Shown: piece by piece, positions 12,033 through 25,706 of the stretch
Layout of the letters: each line of letters opens with the position of its first letter
Position numbering within the stretch: the first letter of the stretch is position 1
Source: Hyphochytrium catenoides
Taxonomy: Eukaryota > Protista > Hyphochytriomycota
Assembly (NCBI GenBank): GCA_900088475.1
Contig: FLMG01004506.1
Span: forward strand, 1-47,458
Direction: 5' to 3'
DNA length: 47,458 nt
Program-made: the position numbers and the translations under genes
Notes under the pieces: model-generated
The model's input: the letters and a program-made list of their open reading frames with translations, nothing else
Databases searched by the model: none
Told to the model about the DNA's origin: nothing

Positions 12033-15000
12033 CTACGAATCCAACTCTGCTCTCTTCTCGGCCCTCTTAACTCCTGCTCCTTGCTGCTCTGCCTCTCCGG
12101 CCGTGAAAAGGACCTGACCGGAGGCTGGTACGGTAGGCTTGGCCGGGATAGCAGCCTCAAATTCGTGTCCATCGTGGAAAGAGTGATGGAATGAGGTTCT
12201 GGCTTCTTCCTCTTCAGCAAACCCACCCAGCTTATCTTCTTCCTCGCTGTAGTGTCTCGGAGACATTCGCTCCTCCTCGCCCACTTGGACGTTCTCTTCC
12301 TCGTTGACATAGTGCGTTACAGCTGTGTGCAAGAGAAGACTGTCGTCTAGCACTGGGGACATGATCTCGTCCGTCACGATGCTTTCCCCTGCCTCTGCAC
12401 CGGTCTCTGGCACTGCCCAAGCGGCGTGAACTGATTCCTCCTGTCTATCAGGCAGCGGCGCTTGAACCAAATCGCCTTCCAACGTCTTGTCTCTGGCGTG
12501 TGCTAAGAAGGGGAAACAGAAGGATTAGGTGCCTAAGTTTTCGCCCCGCCTACCTACAGCTCAGTTTGGCGAACCCTTAGCTGAACTTCCCTCCTGCTGC
12601 ACCTCAAACTTGTTTAGCAAGTACCGACTCACTCAAGACCTGTAGCCACTCTGTCTCGTGTTCCCTGAGCGCTACAATGCGGGTCTTAATCGCTTTTCCC
12701 CGTTCCTCTCCCCTGGTACCCCAGAGATCCCGCATCCTTCCTTGTTAATTAATCTTTCCCTTTCCAATCCTATTCGGGGTTGTAATCTCTGCAACACTGA
12801 TAAAGTCATTGGTTGGGCCTACCATGAACGTCCTCCAGCTCTCTTTCAGTCTGAGCTCCAAGCTCCACTGCGTCCATATCAGCCGTGACACCTTTCTCAG
12901 ATGGTCCTGCTCAGGAAAAAGAGAATCCCCTAAGCTTGTTCTGCGCGCTAGCCATGGTTCCACCTTCACTCTACTCCCATCCTTGGCATGCTCTCGCCTC
13001 CCCACTTACTCCAGTATCATGTGTGCGAAGTAGCCTTTTTCTATCTTCCAGGCATCGGCCACTAAGACTCACCTTCAGCCTGCTCTGGCGTCTCCATGGC
13101 GGTTTCCAGCACTCGGGTGACTTCCCCAAAGGTCTTGAAAGCCCCAAACTTTTCCTCTCCTGTTACAAGTTGGAGGAGGTGACAGAGAAAGGTTGACAGT
13201 GTCAGCAGAAGGATGGGTTACGGAAGACAAGAGCAGCACAAAGTCAACGCTTCCTAAGTAAAATAGCAGACATATGGATACGTAGTCAAGGACGGGCCAT
13301 AAGGGTGACCTCGAGCTATTTGCGAAAACTTGAGCGTGCTACCATGCTCAATAAGAAACAAAGAATCCAGGTAAGGCCGTCAGCGCTTACAGAGACGCCT
13401 TACCATGTCGGGGTGAAGAGATTGAAGGAGGATGTGGCGACGGAAACTTTCTCTCGGGAGCGGGGCCTTGCAAAGCCTCCACGAAAACGAGATACTGAGT
13501 TGGGAACACAAAGACAACAGCATTTTGCGCTTGCTTCTGTCCTGTGGCTTCAAGTAGACATCAGTGATGGATCCCGACGAAAGAGCGTAGAAGAGACTAT
13601 CAATGCAAGACACTTGAGAGTAACTTCCGTAAACAAAACAAAAAATGATATAGGATGCCGTGGCGCATAGGACCAAAAGAGGGGGTAGCGAGCAGGGTGA
13701 GAATTTAGCGTGAGAAGCCCAAAGGCCAAGACGTTACCTGAGGGGGCATTTTCCACCACAAAGCGGAATCTGTTTAGGTTGAACACGCCGGGACAAGGAA
13801 AGCAAGCCTGAAGAGAAATCTCTTCTACGCCTCCTGGCGCAAGCGAATGAACCTTCTTTCTCGTTGTTCCAGACCAATAGATCCGGGGAGCCGGCGTTTT
13901 CGTCTGTCCTTGCGGTGCATGAACACCCCGACTATCATACGGCTGCAGAGTCTCGAAGGAAAATGTGATGGGAGGTGAGGATGGGGCCGAGCCATTCCGT
14001 ACAAGCAGCTTAACGGGAATTTGACAGAGGGAGTGGTGAGAGTGGAAGTCGTGTTGTACGTGCGTGCTGTGCAGCACGTTGATAGTGAGCGGGCAGTAGC
14101 GGGTATTCAGCTGAGGGCGCACTGTGACGCCGCGGACAAAGTGTTGTCCCTGGACCGCTGTCGTCTGTCCAAGGGAGAGAAGAAAGATGATTATCGGAGT
14201 TTGCGTTAAGGATTACAGAGCCCCCAGTTGAATTGCAACCCTTCTCCCCATTATAGCCAGAGTGCCACCATCCAGCATGTCTGACTTTATCCGACTAACT
14301 TCTTTTCGGCGTGGGTCGGAGCCGTCGGTAATCCAAAGGAGGGTTTCATAACGCTGTGGTCATACCTTCATAGCTGTCCTTAACATGAGGGCATGGGCCT
14401 GTTCAGTCCCCACATCAGCACTCCAGGATATTGCTAAATGAAGTTCCGAGTTGTTCATCGTCAACGCCTTAACGGGATCAAGTATGTTAGTACGTCGATG
14501 AAGAGAAAGGGGGAAGCTAAGAAGGACACCAAATGTAGTGACTGGTGAAGGTTCTGAGATCGAAAAAGCCAGGTAAGAGCATAATTACTACCTTGACGTC
14601 CGTTGGACAAGGGGTTAAATCAGGTGAATAGGCGAAACCTTTCAGCTTATTCTCTCTCCTGACCGAGGAGATGCTCTTGGGCATACTGTTGGCTTGTGAC
14701 CGCCGTTCTTCCTTTTTCCTTTGCTTCAGTAACAAAAGGGATATGTCAGCTTTAGCATACCAGCCTCTCTAACTCCAAAGCTTCTTCGTCACTTCGCTTT
14801 TCCATTCTGTCGTCTTGCCTCCTCCGCCACTGCCTGACACCTAAAAGCACCCAGCATCTTCTTCCCTCTTCCACTCATAACCCCCTTCTCCATCCTGTGC
14901 TATCAGTCCAACAGGTTGAAACAAGGTGATTTGTCACCTTACCTTATAGGACTGCATCATGGACGCAGCCTGCTCCAGGCACAAAAAGTTCAGCATGGGA

Positions 15001-18000
15001 GAAGGACAAGACTCTGAAGTGGCTACGGCATATCTAAGATTGTCGTTGGAAGCAGAGGATATCGAGTTCTCCTTTTCCTTCCTCTCATTGGCAATGGAGA
15101 TAAAAGAGTAACGCAGTCCTTCCTCTGGATTTTGTTCGGGCAAAGCATGCAACCGGAAGTAGAGTGTACAGCTTTCCCTCCAGTGTAGTACCACCTCTCC
15201 TCCGGGTCCTTTCTCCTTTTTTTTGCTTGACTGGGCAAAGGGTCCATCCGCGATGACCTCCATTGCCTTCCTGTTCCTCTCGGCAACATCGTATTCACCA
15301 ATCTGCCAGTTTTTGCTTACTGATGTGATCTGGAGAGAAAATACAGAGAGAGAAGTCAAACAGACGGTCCTTGTCAACTGAGTTGCACAAAAGAAATGCT
15401 GAGGACTTCCTGACAGGCAACGTTTAGTCAGGAAAAGCTAAGTAGAGAAAGTGGAAGAAATAAGGGGATGTCAATATGAGTACGGAAGCGAAGTCAAAAG
15501 CTGACCTGATGGATTCTGATTGGCTTGTCATTGACCTTGCCGTCCCCTCTGCAGTTTGTAAGAGAAACCCCAAGGACATAGTCTCCGCAAGTATCGTAGC
15601 TAGGACGAACAAACGCTGAAACATTGATAGAAGACCGAACCACGACCTGTCACGAGAAGAAGAAGAGAATGACTCTTAAACAATGAGCGAATAGAAGCGA
15701 TAAGACTAAGCATGTTCTAGGGAGGATAGGCATTACATTAATGGAGCCCATAACACCACGACAGATATTATCCTAACTATCGCGAAGGAAAGTAGTCATG
15801 AGAACAAGCTCTACCTGGAAAGAGAACCGAAGAAGTCGGCCCTCCTCCTTCCCGTCAAGGCCACTAACAGCAGTCGCGGTCCCAGAGTTCTCACCCACAG
15901 CCTTATAGCGGAACAGCATCCTTAAGACTTGCTTGTCATTACCGACGCCACGGATCCACAAAGGCAATGTGACCTCTTCTGAGGGCTCTAATTCTAGTGC
16001 CCCCAGGTCGATCAGCGTGCCGCTCGGCCCAAGGGTTGGGGCAATCTCATTGTTGCTCACAGAGAGCAAGGACGTCAAGGAAGTCTGTTCACCCTATAGA
16101 ACCGGTGTCAGGTGGTAGAGTTATACATTGAGAGTTGGTGGGTATGGAAGAGATCGAGCTAGGACGTCATCGTTTTCATGAAGCTCTGGGGCCTGAGAAT
16201 GTCTCTTTACCATGGGTCGTCGTCCTATACAGAGGATGGGCGAATCACACTTGACTCTGAGGCCTCCGAGCTTAGCGGCACCGCTATTACGAAGCTGTAG
16301 GTGTAAAGTCCTTATTTCACCAGCAATCAGAGTCTCTGGAGATTCCTTTAGCTAGGTCACGGCGCAGAGAGGTGCCAGCCGGAGAACGGCGGTGAGGCAG
16401 GGGGAGAACGATGAGCCAAGTTTGTCCACAATGGGCAAATGGGAAACAGATAGTGAGCGGATAGGGGGAACTATTGGGAGGGGCGCCCAGAAAGTAAGAT
16501 AGATAAGTAGCGGTATAGCTTGCCTTGGGACGTTTAAATGCTCAGAGAAGATAGGATGAACTTTTGTAAAACGACACTAACCTTAACTCCCAGCAACGGC
16601 ATCGGTTCACTGATGCTGAACCAAAGAGTAGTGTTGGGAGCTCTGGCACCAGTAGCACGATGCTCGCGAGTATCGTGCAGCAATGGACCACGTAGCTGAA
16701 ACTCCCTTGAGCCCCAAACCTCTCCAAAGAGGAGCCAACGCAGCCCAACGATGCGCAGATTGCCGACTGCTCGGGGAATAAGCTTGAAGCGAACCTACAA
16801 TGTGTGAGGAAGCTAAGTAAGCACCTCACGAGGCAGGTATTATATATAGGGGGATGATGTAAACGAGGGCTACTTTCACTCTTTTGAAGGCAAAGTGGCT
16901 AAAAGGTGCCCAGTGGCCACAGCTGACCGAAAGGATAGATCTGCACAGATTACGGATGGCACGCGGTAGGAATGGAGATAAGGGAGCCATAATAGTTACG
17001 TACCACTGCCTTTTCCGCCGCAGGGATGGATATTGCAACTTTTTCCACAGTTAACTTCTCCGCATCGGCCGGAATAAATGCACTAGGCTCGTTCTATATA
17101 TAGGCAACACGGGAGTGGTTGAATGTACAGTTTATGAGATTGGAGACTAGGAGAGCACTTTGTCTTTCAGAATGCTTACCGGAGAACTATAGATTCCGAG
17201 CAGCTCTGCTTCAGTGATATCCACCGGCACGGAGAGAGGGTTCTTCAGCTCAACATCCACTGCAATCTCTTCCCCCACGACTCGCTGTTTGGGTGCTCCT
17301 AGTACCCTCTTTCGGCCAAGCCGGCCCCTAGGTAAGCGTAAGAAAGGATGCTAGAAATATATGTCTAGTTGATTGAACCCTGGCAAATCTCTTACTCAGC
17401 CCTCGCGGACCCTCTCGCTATGCTCATAGCTAACAAATGTTTGGTCTTGGGTGTACAACAGGCGCCATCTTGCCATGGCTCTCATTGACCTTTGTAAGAT
17501 GTTCCCTTCCGACACCTTTTTGCTTGGCACTGGGCAGCGACTTTAGCTCTATACCCACCTGAATCTGGCTTCGGCGGGCGGATCGAACCAGTTGGACAGA
17601 CCTTGTGAAGCCTTATCATGAATGAGCTCATCATCTGTCATGCTGTTTTCAAGTGAGTTCCACTCCTTATCCTCAGGCACCTCCGCTTTCTGAGCGTCGG
17701 AAACCAAAACAGGGTGGTCTCCCAGAGCATTCTCAAAAACATATACTGATGTCATCGTTAAGCACCACAAGGAAGCCGTACATAGCGGAAGGAAAAGTAG
17801 CAGAGGCATAGTCGTTAGTCACGTCAAGGTTGAGGACAGTCGCGAGCCTAGATGCACAGCAATGATGCTAAACATATGTGATGGAGTACTAGATCTGTAG
17901 CAGTGATCAATGGAACAGGGCAGAACCATAAAGGACATAGGGGAAGTTTGCACACACACGGCAAGAGTGTAGAATCTTAGGAAAGGCAAACAACAGCACA

Positions 18001-21000
18001 GAAGCAACAGGGTAGAGTATCACGAAGTAGCTACAATGAGGTAGAGAGGCGTTAAAGACATGCGGACAACGCAAAAGAGCGATGATAATAGGGACAATGG
18101 ACCTTTAACTGAGTGATCTTCCACCAAAGGGAGACAGAGATTTGGGATGTTAATAGGTCCAGTTGTCTCTGTGTTCATCTGCTGCGTCGTTCGCACCACA
18201 TAGAGAAATTCTCTGAGAAAGGTCGCTTGCTGCTGCTGAGGCTGTCTTCCGGAAGCAATAAGCTTTAGAAAAAACCTGGAGATGCCAATAACAAAGGACG
18301 CTTAGCTCCTGGAGGATTGTCTCGCTCCTTGCCCTCCCACCCCGATCCTTCGAGAATCTAGAGCAAGACGCCGCTGGCTAAAGAACGAGTGGTCAGTCAT
18401 CACTCCCTCTACGGCATGGATTTCCCTTCCTAATCATATCGCATCTCTACTTTAGCTACCACGCTTCCACCAATACCTAATGGCTGCTTGAGGGTTACCC
18501 AGCGAAAAGAGCTGTCTTGCAAGCGTAAAGTTAATGTGGTCGTCAATGTTAACCCATTTTTGCCCTTCGTATACGCCTGACAAAGCAGCAAACAGGGGTG
18601 GAGTTCTTAGAGCAGATACAAGTATCTCTATAGGGAGGTACATGTCCGTATGAACAGTACTCCTTTGTGGAGTCTCACCCAGAAATACCTCAGACGCGAC
18701 GCCAGAATGGAAAGGAATGGCAAGAGGTGAATTCCCGCATAGGAGAGTTAGACAAGAAGGCTTACCAACGGAAGCAGCATAACAGCGGACCGCATGCTTG
18801 TCCTGATTACAGGTGTGGTAGGTATGTCCTGCCATCACCAAATGAAAAGCATATTTTCGAAAGAGGGAAGGCTGGTTTTGAAGATCACAGATCGCAGCTC
18901 TCTCCAAGAGCAAGGCGGCAGGAAGCGCCTGCTCTGATGTAGAGGCCCTCAGTAGTATGATTGACGCATCGTTCATGAAGCCTGCATAAGGGGCAGATTC
19001 ACTCATCGCCCTGAATATCTCTGAGGCAACCACAGCATTGCGTGTGGCTAATCTGGCAAGGGGCTTCGACTGCAGCACACCGCGGCTATAGGCGCTAAGG
19101 GAGATTTCTAATAAGCCAGAACGAGAGCTCTGTTCAGTATTAGGCACCAGTTTGGCAGGCCAAGATACGGCAGCCCATGCTTATTTACACAACGGCATCA
19201 CCGTTGGTCAAACGCGACGTTTGCCTCTGACAGAACCGACGAGGCAAGTCAAGACGAAGGGAAGACGCTCACCCTTGAGAGGGCACATGAGACGAAAGGG
19301 AGAACACAGAAAGGAATAGAGGCTAAGAACATAATAGGAAGTCCGAAAGAAAATTTTCACAGCCTACCAAGTGTGGCGGCAATATCTCGCTTGCTGCCGT
19401 TGCCCATGAACATACAGAGAGCGATCATCTCGTTGACATGGGCGAAGTGTAACTGCGCCTTATCTGATTTGAAGTCCTCTCGCACCAGGCGATACATAGC
19501 CTGCGCAAAATCGTAGTCTCGTAGGATGAATGCCGTATCGGCAAGAAGCCTAATCTGAGACTCAATAGAATCAAAACGATAGAGGACAGAGCTCGCTCCA
19601 AATGTTGAGGTCGACTCCTTTGGTTTCCTCCACCATGACTAGGAACAATGGAGGGAAAAATGTCATGACAAGAGTGAGAAGGACTCATAGAAAAAGAGTA
19701 ATAGTGAAATGAAGTAAGGGTGGCCTTTTAACAAGGAGAAAGGGCTAAATGATGATAGGATAGCCCACATCCATCGACTGGCCTTTCAGCTATGGGATAT
19801 TTGAGGACGGGGAGAGAGGATAGCTCAGGTGCATCCGACCGCTAACCTTTAGTTGATTCTTTAGCCCCTTCCTGACTGCAGATACAGTGGCATTAAGGTT
19901 ATGGAGCCGTGACTCCAGCGCGGGTAGCACGCCTCTCAAAGCCAAGTCCCACACGAAGTTCCTCAGCTCTTCTAGATCTCTGTGGTCCAGCAGACATCCC
20001 GGGCGGTCGGTGACAGGTGGGTTTCTGGATCTCATAGCCTCCGGAAAATAAGGCTTTCGGACGTATGGATGGGACGACCAAAGGTCATATTGTTGGGTGT
20101 CTGCCCGATCTGGAGGTAGGGAATTGATCCTCAACACCTTGCAAGCCGAAGCGGAGAACTGTCCCCTCATCTATAATACACCAACAGTAAGAATATATCC
20201 TTTGGAGGATTGCACCACAGTCTAGTTACCTGGGCGAGGATGTTTAATGGGTCTATGTTGCCAAACTCTGTCACATCATGAACGATGACATAGAACTTGG
20301 GAATGTTTGGGTCGTACTGTCCCTGAAGTGGTGAAAGAGGAGATGTAAGCACGGTTGTACTTAACAGATGGCCAAAGGGGCTTCGGGCTGCTAAGAGGAT
20401 GGCGACTAGAGGAAGAGGATGTGCTGCTGCATATAAGAAAGGCAGAGAGTGTATCCCAGTTTTCTTATGTGTTCAATGCGAGGGGCGGGGCCTACCTGTT
20501 GAAATACCTTCGGCAGGTAAAATTCATGGCTCAGCTCGTGCGCCAGCTCTACACAGTTAGTCTCTGAGGACGCAATGGCACAAATCATCGCTGCCGGGCA
20601 GTGGAACATATCTTGCTCCTAAAGACAAGTTCAGGCCACGAAAATCATCAAGCTGTAGGACTACAGGTACTATCCAGCCCCATACCTGGCATCGAAAAGC
20701 TTCGACAACTTCATTTCGAAAAGCAGTGAACCATGGCGTGGGGTCCGGACCCAAGGATTGGGCGAAACGCTCTGCGTCCAGCGCATCGCGCATTTGTGGG
20801 TGGTCCAGCAGATTGTCGTCTGGCGGATAGCGTGCCACGGCATCGGTAATAAACTACGCGCAGGGTATAATGGTAAGAAGGAGGAAAAGTTTACTGCTCC
20901 CAAACAGGGCAAGGACCTTGTCAATCGTTTCCAAAGGAACTGGAGCAAGTTCAGTTGCTGGAAGGAAGCGAATCCTGACATCCGTGAGGTTATAATGGTG

Positions 21001-21260
21001 GGTGACGGTTCTGACTGGAGCATTGGCCCCTTCTACAAAAGAAAATGCACTGGAAGTGGTGGCCATGAGTTAGGGCTATGGCCCCACCTTGCATCTGACG
21101 GCAGCTCAAAGGCTCATGTTGTCAAAGCCGTAGACTCTCACCTGATGAGCTCCGTGAATGTGAGCCCATTCTTCTGACAGATGCGCTCGACCTCCGCTGA
21201 TGCTGAGGTGATAACTAGGGGCACAAAAGTCTCCTCCACCCAGTCCCTGAACTGAACCAT
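12033..21260 (-). CDS. TRAPPC8: TRAPP III complex subunit TRAPPC8/Trs85, many exons; the 3' end (13404-12033) is less certain
   Basis: MVQFRDWVEETFVPLVITSASAEVERICQKNGLTFTELI; DPTPWF; SWWRKPK...ESQIRLLADTAFILRDY; LLLERAA...FRKYAFHLVMAGHTY; DDHINFTLARQ; GVFNLNRFRF...FVFPTQYLVFVE. Consistent phase-1 exons extend it to TAG at 12033. An alternative stop lies near 13390 if the 13403 donor is not used. Confidence 0.9.
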
Positions 21261-22282
21261 TCTATCCTATCCGGAGGTTAGGCTACTTGTGTTTGATTGT
21301 GGGACCTTCCGAGGCGGCAGCCTGAGCGACTGCGGTTGTGTACTAAGACCACGCCATGCTTTCACCCTGTGGGAGAAGCAGAACAAGCCCAGGATAGAAG
21401 CATGCTGAAGACCGCTATTGAACCCACAACGAACCAGAGGAACAGCAATGTCGGGGTCTATGTGCTTCCACCTGCCACCATTACAATGAAGTTTAATGGC
21501 TCCAACAAGGCAGGAAATGCCCCCAATGATGACTGCACTTGGCAAGTAGGTTATCCTACGAGTAGAAAGAAGAAGGTAGGCTCAACCGATGAGGAGCCGA
21601 TGACAGAGCCGACGAGGATGCGAGTTGAGCTCACTAACAAGCTGGCGAGAGGCGACATCAAGGCTGAAGATCAATGCAAACGATGTCTTCTCAACGTTGA
21701 GTTATCAAAATGTACCCATTAGTAGTTATCTAGGTTGAACGCTACATATCACATAGGTGCGTTAAACGAGAAAGAGTTGCGCAAGAATGTGAAACAGAGT
21801 CATTTAGTTTTACGAGGAATGCAAGTATATCAGTATGGTAGATATATGAACAAAAGACACAGGAGATATGGGGGGTGTGGGTAGGAAAGATCGTCTGTCG
21901 AAGCTGAAGCTGTTATTATTGGCAAGAAAAAACGACTCGAAAGCTCCATCAACTGTCTGCCTTCAGTCTGTCATCGCATTATTCTCAGACATTATTCATA
22001 TAGAGCTCGATCCAGACGAAGACGCTGGGCTATCAACGTAGCTTAAGGCGAAAGCCCATCCGTAGGTATCCAGAAGGAAGCTCAACCTTGGCACTTGTCC
22101 TGGAAGAGTATCAACACATTGCATTTATCCGCACTTATTCTTGTCAGACCTGTCAAGTTTATCTATATCTTCAGCTCCAGAGCCAATAAGCTCCAAGACG
22201 CTTTATACTCTAACCTCTCGGAGGAGCAGACTCACGAATCTATCGGCGGACTTCGACAATCACCAAGTCACGAAGGATAAAA

Positions 22283-23889
22283 ATGCAAGTGCTTTTAGAC
22301 CATAATTATCGGTGGCTCAGTCTTAGCGCGGTAGATACTAACCCTGGTCCGGCAACGTAGGCTGCTACATATTCCAAAGAGAAAAGAAGCAGATAATGAG
22401 GCCCCAGCCCTAGATGAGCAGTTTTTGGATCAGATTCTCAGTGGTGCCTCAAGCGTTACTAGGCCATCAAGAAGTAAAGCAGGAACCGTAGCGAAAAGCA
22501 AGGCAGGTCCTTCAGCACAGCCCAAGGGTAAAGCACCTGCTCCTCGTAAAGCAAAACCAGACAGGGGTGTCCTTGGAGACGGCCCCAAAGCAGCTCCTTT
22601 AAGAGCTGCTGCCACCTCGGTTGCTATTCCAGTGCAGTCTACGCTGACATCTGCTGGCGTCACTGCTCGACCACCAAATAATTCCAAAGACCGCAGCGAC
22701 CTAGTCGGAAGACCACTTGTCCCTTTTTTCGATGACGCCCAGAGGGTGAATGAAGCTCACATAGTGCCAAAGTCAAGGTTAGAGAATATCGCACTTTCCA
22801 GGGTCAGCCGATACAACTGACATGAAATTCCCCTCTTCATAGTGAGAGGGAAGAGGTTAGGGTTGATGCCCGGGTGTGGAACTCAGAAGGCTACTTCGAA
22901 TATCCGGATGAGAAAGCCCCAATGACAGAGGAGGAAGCTAACGGTAAAGGCGCAACCCAAGGAACCCGGAAGAGCAGCAAAAAGGGAGCTAAGCCAGCGG
23001 CAGGAAACCCCAACCAAGGTGACAGGAGCTCTCGTAAGAAGAAAAATCCCTCCTATGAGTTGCCTGAGCAACAGAATACTTCATTGTTGAGCCTGCCACC
23101 TGCCACAGATGGAGTGGCAGCTGGCGCGGCATTGCTTGCGCTGATCCAAGGAGGCTCAAAGGCGTCGCAAGCGGAGGTAGGTTCTGTTATCCGTAGGGAC
23201 TATCTTTTGAAGAAGCCAATGCACTCTTTGGTCTCAAGCAGGGTGAACCTAGCACTGATGCCGGCACCCAGTCAACGTGCAATGGTGGCACAGAGTTTAA
23301 AACCCCAAAAAAGAGCTCAAGAGGAAAGAAGCGCCAGTCAAATAAGGGAGATGCAGTCACTCCCAATGCAGCCGTACAATCCACACCTGCGCCTAGCAAG
23401 CCCCCTCCGCGTGCACCTCCTTCCTCATCAAAGAAGAGTAGACCACCCAAAGTTGCTCCTACCACACCTGCCATAGCTACGGTGCAAACCAAGTGGGCCT
23501 GGTCATCCTTTCAGTCGAGTCCCGATCCCAAGACTCTTCCACTTCCAGTGTTCGGGCCAGAGTCTCCTGCAATGTCAGAGGCTAATGAGATGGGGGAATT
23601 TGAGGAGTCTGTAGAAGCTATCATTGGGTCCAGTGGTCTCCATGCAAGGGTACCAGCAGACAGCGCACCAACAACGGCTCCCAAACAGAAAACTCCGCTC
23701 CTTTCACCGGCGCTACTTGCATCCAGTAACATGGACAGGCTTAACCTGCTTGCACCGTCACTCGAGCCGACTACTTCCCTTGCTACTGCTCCAAGCGATC
23801 CTCCGAGTGGCTCTAACCTTACGTCGGCTCCCTCTTTGGAGGAAAAGATGAGTCTTGACCTTAAACGAATGCTGAATCTTGGGACTTGA
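22283..23889 (+). CDS. Low-complexity protein with a PNRC/Edc1-like motif and a C-terminal helical leucine-rich motif (putative mRNA decapping coactivator)
   Basis: Spliced, K/P/S-rich disordered protein. KWAWSSFQSSPDPKTLPLPVF (23491-23553) resembles PNRC 'YAG..F..[SP]P.P..LP.P.F'. Ends SLDLKRMLNLGT*. Confidence 0.7.
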
Positions 23890-25234
23890 TGGCTGTGCGC
23901 ATTCTTTCATGTCGCCTAAAGTTTGGGAGCGCTCAAAGATCATAACAATTCCAACTCATGGCCAAGAAACTCAAGCTTGTCCCATTGGTTTAGTCACCTT
24001 AGCAACAGAGGATGGTCCTCCGTTATGGTGATAAGCTTAGCGTTTGTCCAGGAAGTTATAAGGAGGATGAGTGATGGGCGTTGGACAGCCCCAGCCGCCT
24101 GCTTTGATCATTCATCATTACTGTTTAGGACTTGCCTCTTTCTTCTAAACTTTACTCCGTCCCATGGAGCATGGAGTTGTGCCCGCTGGCAACCACGTTT
24201 TTTCTCCATAAGACGTGCTCAGATATCCTGGTTCACTCTTTAATGGCAATGATCGATCGTTAGGCGGGTCTATGAACAGTAATCAGTCCTTGGGTCACGC
24301 ATCCATGCCTCCTATATTTAAGGACTTAGGCTACTAAGGAGGCTTATAAGGCACGTGAATGTGGAAGGACGTTTTCCCCAATAGGTGTATGCTTGATGCT
24401 GAGCGCTGTGGCTGCGGATGACAGCCTTGCGAAGTCTCCTATAAAAAATCCCTTAACGCTAACAATAGGCCTGTGCCGAGTAGTCTAGCACAGCACATTG
24501 CCACAACCGGAAGCGGGGGGATCCCCGCCATTTACCGAAAACCGAGAGGCTTCCTAATCATCTGTCAGTTGAATAAAATAGCATCAACTAGAGCGGTATG
24601 GCCATAGCTTTCCAGCTCCAGCGACGAGGTTTGAGAAGACGAGGAAAAAACCCTTCAATTCTCTTTTATGACGGGAGAATCGTATTTGTGTGTCTGAGAG
24701 AGCTTTGCCCGCATATCTGATTTGCGGGCTCCCTGCCCATAACCTCTCTCAGACAAGTTCTTTTGGAACGAGTGCCCCTTCAAGAGCTGAGGGCCATACT
24801 TACATGCTACTTAGCACTTTTTTACCCCGTACCCGGTCCCGTCGTTGTCGATCTTGCAACCCGCGGAGTTTCCCTTCCTGCCCCTTGGTCGCCTTCCTTC
24901 TAAGTACGGCTGCTCTCCCTCACTCATCAAACAACCTTCGCCCTCAACGCTGGCGGCGCGGTTGATCCTCCTTTCCTCCTCCACCTTCGTCTCCGGCTCT
25001 GTGAGAGCTTGACAACTTGACAACCTCGGGCTGTAACGACCAGTAACGGCCCTCTGAGGATGGATCCTCACACAACTTTCTTAGATCAGTAGACCCACAA
25101 TAATACGCTTCCCCGGCTGGCTTGTTGGTATGGGCATAAGTATTATTACGAAGAACTGGTCCAAAGGTGGAGGAGAGTACATCTCTTTGGGCTTCTCGCC
25201 CGGTCTCCTCCCTCTGTCATCAAACAACTTCCTT

Positions 25235-25310
25235 TCTGTCTCTCTCTCTCTCTCTCTCTCTCNNNNNNNNNNNNNNNNNNNNNNNNNNNNNNNNNNNNCT
25301 TGTTCTTATA

Positions 25311-25352
<42 letters not shown>

Positions 25353-25530
25353 TTATACTCTTGTCTCTATTCTCTCTCTTGCTCTCATCTCTCTCTCTGT
25401 CCTCTGTTTCTTCCCTCGCTATCTACTTGCTCTTCCTCTCTTCTTCAAAACTGTTCTCCATCTCTATTGATCTCGGTCCTGTCTCTTCAGTCTCTTTTCT
25501 CAGTCTTCTCTCAATTCTCCCTCTCTCCCT
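25235..25530. repeat. (CT)n microsatellite / pyrimidine tract containing a 36-N assembly gap (25263-25298)
   Basis: ctctctct runs flank the Ns. cttgttcttatactctt occurs twice (25299 and 25346). Confidence 0.95.
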
Positions 25531-25706
25531 TCGTCCTCGTCAGCGATCAGTATCAGCCCCAAGGTACCAACAGAATCAGCCAGCACCAGAAGCCATCCGT
25601 GGACCAGCATCTGGGCCGAGGCTCAATAGTCCTGTGTGTCTCCCCATTTTCTAAATCTCCGCAAGCTCTTCAAGGTATCGTCCGAGCGACGTCCCCAAGG
25701 AAGAGC

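Noticed and set aside
12557-12620. tRNA D-arm-like agctcagtttgg
   Set aside because: No T-loop (GTTCRA) or acceptor stem; it lies in an intron.
13310-13520. Apparent J-domain-like peptide (LLQSLHPDM..GSTLKF) on the minus strand
   Set aside because: It is an alternate frame of the TRAPPC8 exon encoding FVFPTQYLVFVE.
21297-21722. 141-aa plus-strand ORF upstream of TRAPPC8
   Set aside because: No recognisable motif; more simply the antisense of the TRAPPC8 leader or promoter.
24513-24528. GC hairpin gcgggg-ggat-ccccgc (also tagagga/tcctcta at 65-86)
   Set aside because: Stems of 6-7 bp are expected by chance, and bacterial-type terminators are not relevant in this eukaryotic context.
25299-25362. 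17-nt direct repeat next to the gap
   Set aside because: Likely a scaffolding or slippage artefact at the microsatellite edge.
25130-25706. Long Leu/Ser-rich ORF starts that look like membrane proteins (also 10951-11326)
   Set aside because: These are translations of CT microsatellites and span an N gap. The ICME start is more plausibly 25707.
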